This document shows, piece by piece, positions 56,801-64,000 of a stretch of DNA of 64,000 nt. The translations under genes and the position numbers were made by a program. The notes beneath the pieces were generated by a model. The model searched no databases, was not told where the DNA came from, and saw only the letters and a program-made list of their open reading frames with translations. The DNA is taken from assembly GCF_963676685.1 (NCBI RefSeq), contig NC_092345.1, forward strand, positions 72,912,001 to 72,976,000, in the 5' to 3' direction. How positions within the stretch are numbered: position 1 is the first letter of the stretch; each line of letters opens with the position of its first letter. Origin of the DNA: Mytilus edulis. Lineage: Eukaryota.

Positions 56801-58666
56801 TATATTGGATCTGTTCGCCCTGAGTTCATTCACCCATAGACTGCATAGAGTCCCTTCACCCTGGATTCGTTCTGCTTACTTTTATCAAAGATTTGTATCT
56901 TACTATACAATCATTGCTTTTATTAAAAAAATATTAATATTACAGTTATCATGGTTATTAAAGTTTACTAAATATACTCAGATATTTATATGGTATAAAT
57001 TCTCAAATTCATGAAAATACATGGAAATTGTTTTTAGTTAATGGAAGAATATTGCCTTTTTTGAGCAATTAGTTGTTCATAATAATAGTTCTCACTAATT
57101 GTAATAATCATAATTGCATGTCTTTGATGAATTAATAATAAAACAACATGTTGTTTTGATGAACTAGTCACCTTGGAATGAGTAGAAAAACAATCATGTA
57201 GGTAAATCATGAAACGGATTCATACGTTCATTTATTATCATACTGCATAAAATGACTGACCAGACTTATTTAAATTGTTAAAACTATGAATAAAGATAAA
57301 TGACAATTCATAAATACACTGCCATTCCTGTATTCTACTATATATGCAGATGAAAGGAAATTATAATTATTGACATTGTTTGGTAGCAGCAATACAAATA
57401 TAAAGCGACTATTTAGCAAACTTTAATGTACTCTGTTTAAATAATGAACACTCTGCAATGAAACTGAATGCAAAAAAATATAAATAAGGACGAATGGACC
57501 CTGGCCATGGAAGAACAGGTATCAGGGCGAAAATGAAACCTGGATTCAGTAATATCTACTATTTGAACAAAAAAATGATGTATATATTATATATTGGACC
57601 TCTGATTGGCTCTGAAACATGTACCATACAATATACATATTTTATGACAGTTCTTTGATTTTTTAGTCCACAATAACAAATGTACTGTATGAGGGTCATA
57701 ATGGGGGTACCTTCATGACTAATAACGGTAAAAATTCTAGCCAAATGACATTAACAGTAATTTTTGGAGTATGACGATAAAATGTACACTTTCTTTTAGA
57801 CGATATAAACATCGACTAAATTTGACGAATCACGTTAAATTTTTTCCAAAAATGATGGTAACGATAATTATTTGAGACCTCTGACCAACCAGATATTTTG
57901 AAGATTCATGTTAAAATTTCAACCAATTTGACGATAAGGGTAGCCGAAAAATGACTGTCTGATGCCTGAAGTTAAAGGACATTACTGAGGGGGGTAGGAC
58001 CTTTATTGTTACTGAAGGGGGGTAGGAGTGGTCATCATCCCGAAATCCCAGGCTTAAAAACACGAAATCCCGAGGTCCCGATTTAAAAAAATCTAAATCC
58101 CAAAGTCCCGAAATTAGAAAAAAGAATTCCCGGATCCCTAAAGGGTCAATCCCGAAATCCCAAGCTTAAAAACACCCGATCCCATAGTCCCGAAAAAGGT
58201 CCTACCCCCCCCCCCCCCCCTTTACTACCCTCATGTATGTTACATTTTTCTAATATCCTTGACTGATGTGGGCCCCATTGGAGTCTAAGCGTGAGCAGGA
58301 TTGCCGATCTTTTGTAAGCATGACACGTGAATTACAAATTATTGTTCCGTGAAAACAGGAAATGAAGTCTAGCGGGTCGACACAGGAAATTAAAAAAAAT
58401 GAGAATTGCTTACGTAAATAGTGTAAGCGGGATATGGGAATCTGACAAAACAGTAAGCGGGATCCAGGATCAGAATCCCCCAATGAGACCCCCTCTGATG
58501 TCTTATAGTTACAAAAATTATAATATGTGGGATGAAAAGTCTATTATATTATGTATAAATTATAATAGACTTTTCATCCCACATATTTTATCTAATGAAA
58601 GTTTCAAAACTGCTTTTCATGGTGGGCTAGACTGTTATTACCTGGCTTCGTGTTATTTTCCGCCAT
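53894..58666 (-). CDS. HIGD1: HIG1 (hypoxia-inducible gene 1) domain protein, HIGD1-like, 3 exons, 133 aa
   Basis: Exons 58666-58642 (MAENNTKP), 55102-54941 and 54108-53894; GT-AG, phases 1/1. Two TM segments (FMVPYVGLPVAGGLFIYAMWGL; YLIHTRLAVQGTIVMSFAAIGIG) with the HIG1 LIHxRxxxQG motif. The exact paralogue cannot be resolved. Confidence 0.8.
55447..58197. repeat. Tandem duplication of about 1.35 kb in intron 1 of the HIG1 gene
   Basis: Copy 1 at 55447-56797, copy 2 at 56800-58197; nearly identical, with a few substitutions and two indels. Confidence 0.92.
57988..58212. mobile_element. MITE with ggggggtaggacc / ggtcctacccccc TIRs and internal TCCCGAA repeats
   Basis: Complete in copy 2; the copy at about 56589-56797 lacks the right TIR. 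Confidence 0.65.
58523..58587. repeat. Perfect hairpin with arms of about 27 bp
   Basis: aatatgtgggatgaaaagtctattata / tataatagacttttcatcccacatatt. Confidence 0.85.
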
Positions 58667-59146
58667 CTCGGTATCCACTTGGGCTCTATAATGTTTAAGT
58701 TTTTTTTTATATATATATATACCGACAGTGTGTTACGAAATCATCAACAAAGTTTCAACAAATTGACCTTGACCCTGAAATGATAAATCAAAACATTAAA
58801 GAGATCCATAGAAATCTGTGTCGGTTAGACGCATCAAAATAAATGCAAAACTAAGATGTCACATGCCCATAGAAGCTGGATTTTTAAATAGCTTACATAC
58901 TATTACACATCACACTCAATCAATTTATTAAAAAAAACACGTATTTTACATTTCATAAACATTGTACAAGTAAACTAGAAGAATAACAACCCGACAGGAT
59001 ATCAGATTACACTGTACAGACAAACTTCAAATGTACATTTCCTGAGTAATATCTGGTATCCTCATAAACATTTATAAACATTACATTTCTCTACATTACA
59101 CAGCTTTAAACTCAAGATCAAATGTGCATGTATTTCCCTTGAAGAG
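58667..59146. promoter_or_regulatory. Putative bidirectional promoter between HIGD1-like and STK11IP
   Basis: Divergent start codons (58666 on -, 59147 on +) are separated by only 480 bp; no specific motif was called. Confidence 0.55.
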
Positions 59147-62100
59147 ATGAAAGGAAAAGAATATGAATTAGTCGATCAACTGGCTTTACTTCTCAGAAAA
59201 AATGGTAATACTATAAATAATGTTAATAATTTTGTTCTAGGATCCAAATTTGATTTTAACAGAGACGTTTAATTGTAACTGGAGATCATGATTGTTATTA
59301 GAAAATCAAATCTTCTCTTCTGAGACTCGAACTAACATGACTAAGGACATCTGTCTTAACTGTTTCAAGTTAGTGCAGTAACCTAATGAGCTAAAAAAAA
59401 CTTAAAGTCCTTTCCTTGCTCAACTACTTAGGACTGGCTAAGTATCAACATCTAAATAGAAGCAATCCAGTCATATATATATCCCTCAGGTCATCATACA
59501 TGTACATGACATGCACCAGTATGACCCTCACAACCCTTTTTAGAAATCATCTCTTTAATACTAACATGGGATGTTAAAGACGAGTGACATATGTAACAGA
59601 AGAGCAAGATTCTTATTATGAAATCATATTGTCTACTAATTTAGAGAAAATGATCAAAACTGTATTTATTGTATTTTCATATCATGCATATATAACATAT
59701 ACATTTGTAATCCTAATTTCAGGTGACAGAATTTTAAATGGTGAAAGTAAATTAAGCCTTACTACACAGTCCTTGTCTTTACTAAATGTTTCCTTCAGAC
59801 GATACAGCGATGCCAAAAATAATGAGCCCAGTCGTAATAGGTCACACAGAGACCAGATGGAGAAATGGAAGTTGAATGTTCAGTACCTTCATGATTTTAT
59901 TACAAAGACTATTTCACTTAAGGTAATACAATGTATACGTTCAGATTGTTCAGTATGTTCATTATATGTATTTTGCAGGACAAATTTCATCTTAATCTAA
60001 ATATATATATAATATAGATTTTAATGCTGCATCGAGAGTGATATTTATCCACTAGAAACAGTTAAATTTCAAATATAAAACACAAGGCTTGCAGAGCGTT
60101 TTAAATGTTTTATATTTAACTGTCAGAAGTGGATAATAATTATTCTAACATGACGCCCTTCAAACGCTTTGAGTACACACCCGTGGTAAAATATGAATAT
60201 ATTGCATTGGCTGTTCCGATCGTACTCCCACGTCAAATGTTTTTTTATGAATGAAGTACCCGACGTCATAGAATGATGACGTAATAATTTAAGCATTTTA
60301 CGGGAAAATACACGCTTCTAATACCGAAAATCATCACAACAAGGAAACGTAAACAAACGATGTTAAAATGTGGTATAAGCCCATATTTTTTATACATAGA
60401 AGACATATAAGTAAATTATCATTAAAATTCATCCAAATCTATATAAATACGTTATTGTAAATAGTTTGAGCATGTCACTTATTCTGTTTGTTCCGTTCTT
60501 TTACGCAAATCTGAAAGTGCGGGAATTTATGGGAACGGCAAATATTTGCCTCCACCTAGAGCGCTTCTTTCCAAAAGATAAAATATTTGTCTTAAAGGGC
60601 CAACCTGTGGTAAAATCACGATATATTCAAGCCCCCATGAATTATTTCTTAAGTATTGCATGAGATTTAGTGGTGGAATCTGTTTCTCTAAAGATTTTTA
60701 GACGATATGCGGACAATCTTAATCCTTCTTTTCTAACACCTGCAAAAATATGTGTTCTTCTATGAGAAGTCATCAGGCATTGTTGCCTTTTGTCTTTGCG
60801 TCACAATAGATAGTTTAACGTCATAATAGATTTCTTACCAAAGAAGAACTGAAATTAAATGAACCACACTCAAAATAATTAAATGTAAATAATCAATGTG
60901 TAATTTAAATTGAATAAGAATTGGGGAAATATATGTACATGTGCCTTACTGCCTTTATCATATACATGTATCAAATCTGTACACTCCAAACTAACCCTTA
61001 GAGATAATTAAAAAGAATTAAGATTCAGATTTTTTTCTCAAATAATAATTTCAAGCTTTAATATCCTTCTGACAGATAAGTTGAAGACTTTCCGCTAATT
61101 CTGCTTTCTAGAGCTATTAAACAATTTATTGTAGATTAGCTCATAAGTTTTATTTATTATGATCTTGTTCTTTTTATCAAGTTAGAATATCTACATGTAA
61201 ACCTGTACTAATAGAAAAAAAAAGGATGGTGAAAAAATTTGCTTGCTATATATATGTTTGCATTCAGTACTTTTAATTTTTGGCATCTGTCTCTATAAAT
61301 ATGAATTTTAAAAATTCTTCTAAATGATATCTAGTTAGTAATTTAGCATAAGAAGAAGGTTTATGTAAAAATTCTTGGTCATACAAACAGTGTTGTTCAG
61401 TTACATCTGGCACCAATTCAAAATCCTAATAAATAAATTCAACCAAATTTGTGAATTTTCACAGCTCTCTTTTAACTACAAGAGAACCGTGCATATTATG
61501 AATTGTACACTTATATCACCTACATGGCAATTGTCAACCAATGTTGAAAGTCTTGTACATGTAGCAACACATAACTCTCCAGTATTCACCGACTTCTAAA
61601 ATTAACACTGGTTTTCTAAAAAATCTGCATATTAAAGCATACTATGTGCTCCACGACCCTTAAATACATGCATATGTTAATTTTGGCACAAAATGGTCAA
61701 AATATATTTTTCATTCAACAACAAATTTTCTCATGTAAATTCATTGGCTAGTATAATTGCATAAAAAGCTCTATTTTTGGTCACAAGTAGAACTTCTTTT
61801 AAATATGTTCTAAATGTTATTGTGTGACAGCTACCTAAGCATGAATAAATTGTTTTCTTTATTTGGTGTCTTTTTAAACCAACAGCAAATATATTTCAAC
61901 ATTTTATACCCACACTATAGTCAAGGACCATGACTTGTAATAACAAACAATAATAATGATGTAACTTCCTTTACAGATAACACACAGTACAGCAACTATG
62001 CAAGGTCCAATATTGATATCCAGGTTTCGCAGTGTTGAAGTCCTGGAACTGAAGAAAGTCCCCATTCATATGTTAGAAGGACTACATAGGCTACGGGGAC

Positions 62101-63821
62101 AAATAAAAATTATTATTGTTTCAAGATGCCTTAATTCCTTACAAGTAAATATATTGAACATTTAGATAAATAATAATTCAATGTATAACAATAATTTCAA
62201 AATCATATTTTTAGAGTAATTGTAAACTATGAATTGTATGTTTAAAAGAAGTTAATTTTACATCATGCATAACTGTTTTCATGCCTAGTAGGAAGATAAA
62301 TTTGATAGAATTAAAAATATTTCTGATTCATTTTGATATAAGGGCTATTCCAGAAAAAAATGTATGGAAGGGGTTGGGGTTGGAAGGCACATTGTATTAA
62401 TAATACATGGGTGATGGGTATCAGAGCAACTTTTCACACTATAATGTACTATTATTCTCAATTACAATTGTCTGGGTGGCGGGTGCTGACAAAAACTGCC
62501 TTCCACCCCCCCCCCCCCCCCCCCTTCCCCCCTTACATTTTTTTCTGGAATAGCCCTAATTTAGATTTTTGAATCCTGTGAAAATATCTTGTAGTAATTG
62601 TCACAGAAATAATTGTACAATATTTTTTCAGGATCTTTTTGAAGCCTGTGGAGGAGATCAAAGCTCACCAATGTCTTGGCCATGTTTAAAATCTATATTT
62701 TTAAGTTATAATGGACTGAGGAAATTAGACTCATCTTTGGTAAGTTAACTTGATGTCATTTCTGAAATTATTTTGTATCCATGACAAAATACAGATGTTG
62801 GGTAAATGTCAATGAGAGAGCATGACAACAATACTTATTAGAGAAAACAATATCTAGGGGTCAACAGATGTCTTCAACAATAGACATATTTCTATTGTCA
62901 TGAATTCTGATTTCATATTTTGCCCTCTCTCTTGAAGCCCCTTTAGAACAGTCCTTTCTGTTAATTTGCTTTAGAATATCAAAGCAAACAAAACTGAAAG
63001 TCTCTACTAAATGTTCTTTTAGAAACAGAAGGTTAAACCTTGATGACATTGAGAATCATTATGATGATGACTTCACCATCGTACATACCAGAACTGTGCT
63101 GAATGAAATAAACATTAAACTCTTGGGGCCACAGGATAGATTATTTCCTTGGTATATTAATACAAAAATACTTAAAGATACAGAAAAGTTGTAAGAACTC
63201 AACGCTACTAGAAAAAGAGCATGGAAACAGGATTAGTCTTTCAGTCTGATTGCGGAGAAGTAAATGGGCAATAGTATGATATTTTATGAAATCTTGCAAG
63301 CAACTAAAGCATGTGAAACTGCATACATTTGTATATGAATTAAAAGAAAATGTTTTAAATTACTTCTTTTATTCATCCCAATTTCCAATGTATAGCAGAT
63401 AAAAAAATCATTTAGATGGATGTACAAATGTATAGAATGCATGCAGTCATAGCAAATAAAATGACTTGAAATTGATATTCCTCTATTGTGTCCAAACAGC
63501 TTCTAATTCAAATTTTTGTTTTACTGATTCATTATATAAAAATTGTTGTAATCAAAACGATACTGATTTTTTTCCCTCTGTTTCATATTCTATTGTTGTA
63601 ATCGTATATATGATATTATATATATTCTGTTGGATTTCTTTGATTATATTTACTGTTAAGGTAAATACAGAAATTTTAAAGTGATTCTATGAAAACTGTG
63701 ACAGGATATGAGTTGCATTAATATATTTTTAAAACTCATTTAATTTCAGAGACTGCTACCTGTATTAGAAGTAATAGACATAAGTCATAACGATTTAGAG
63801 AGAACAGAAAATTATTTAGAG
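59147..63821 (+). CDS. STK11IP: Serine/threonine kinase 11-interacting protein (LIP1), first five coding exons; gene continues beyond the window
   Basis: Exons 59147-59204, 59723-59922, 61977-62144, 62632-62739 and 63750-63821, all phase-compatible. Peptides QLALLLRKNGDRILNGESKLSLTT, VQYLHDFITKTISLK and DLFEACGGDQSSPMSWPCL...LSYNGLRKLDSSLRLLPVLEVIDISHN (LRR start) match the STK11IP N-terminus. Confidence 0.88.
62342..62556. mobile_element. PIF/Harbinger-type MITE
   Basis: TIRs gggctattccagaaaaaaa(a)tgta / tacattttttt.ctggaatagccc; TAA duplicated on both sides. Confidence 0.8.
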
Positions 63822-64000
63822 GTAATTCTTATTTAAGATATAGAATGTTTCATAGCTATCGTACTGTCATTGCAGATTTTAACCATAAAATGTATACTTA
63901 AGAAAATGTGGTATATATGATTGCCAATGAGACAACTCTCAACAAGAGACCAAATGACACAGAAATTTACAACAATAGGTCAATGTACAGCTTTCAACAA

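Overview
AT-rich, intron-rich animal genomic DNA, not prokaryotic. The repeat families look bivalve-like, probably a Mytilus-type mussel (inference). (1) About 3.2-14.2 kb: a two-gene CACTA/EnSpm-type DNA transposon. It has an intronless DDE transposase (3959-6023) broken by one 7-nt footprint-like insertion. It also has an intact 9-exon, 461-aa DUF4806 (BEN-like) accessory gene (6671-13010) that the ORF track does not show. Both ORFs start directly after a splice acceptor. The right end (TTTGCTGGG|TA) abuts a LINE 3' fragment. (2) 15325-45982 (+): TMEM245, at least 17 coding exons, about 900 aa. It has tandem arrays built from its own splice sites, a duplicated pair of probably mutually exclusive C-terminal mini-exons, and candidate 6- and 12-nt microexons. 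(3) 53894-58666 (-): a 3-exon HIG1-domain gene. (4) 59147 to beyond 63821 (+): the first five exons of STK11IP, head-to-head with the HIG1 gene. Introns are full of MITEs, Helentron/HINE-like elements, Mutator and hAT remnants, long hairpins and local tandem duplications. All gene models were assembled by hand from GT-AG sites and frame continuity, with no database search.
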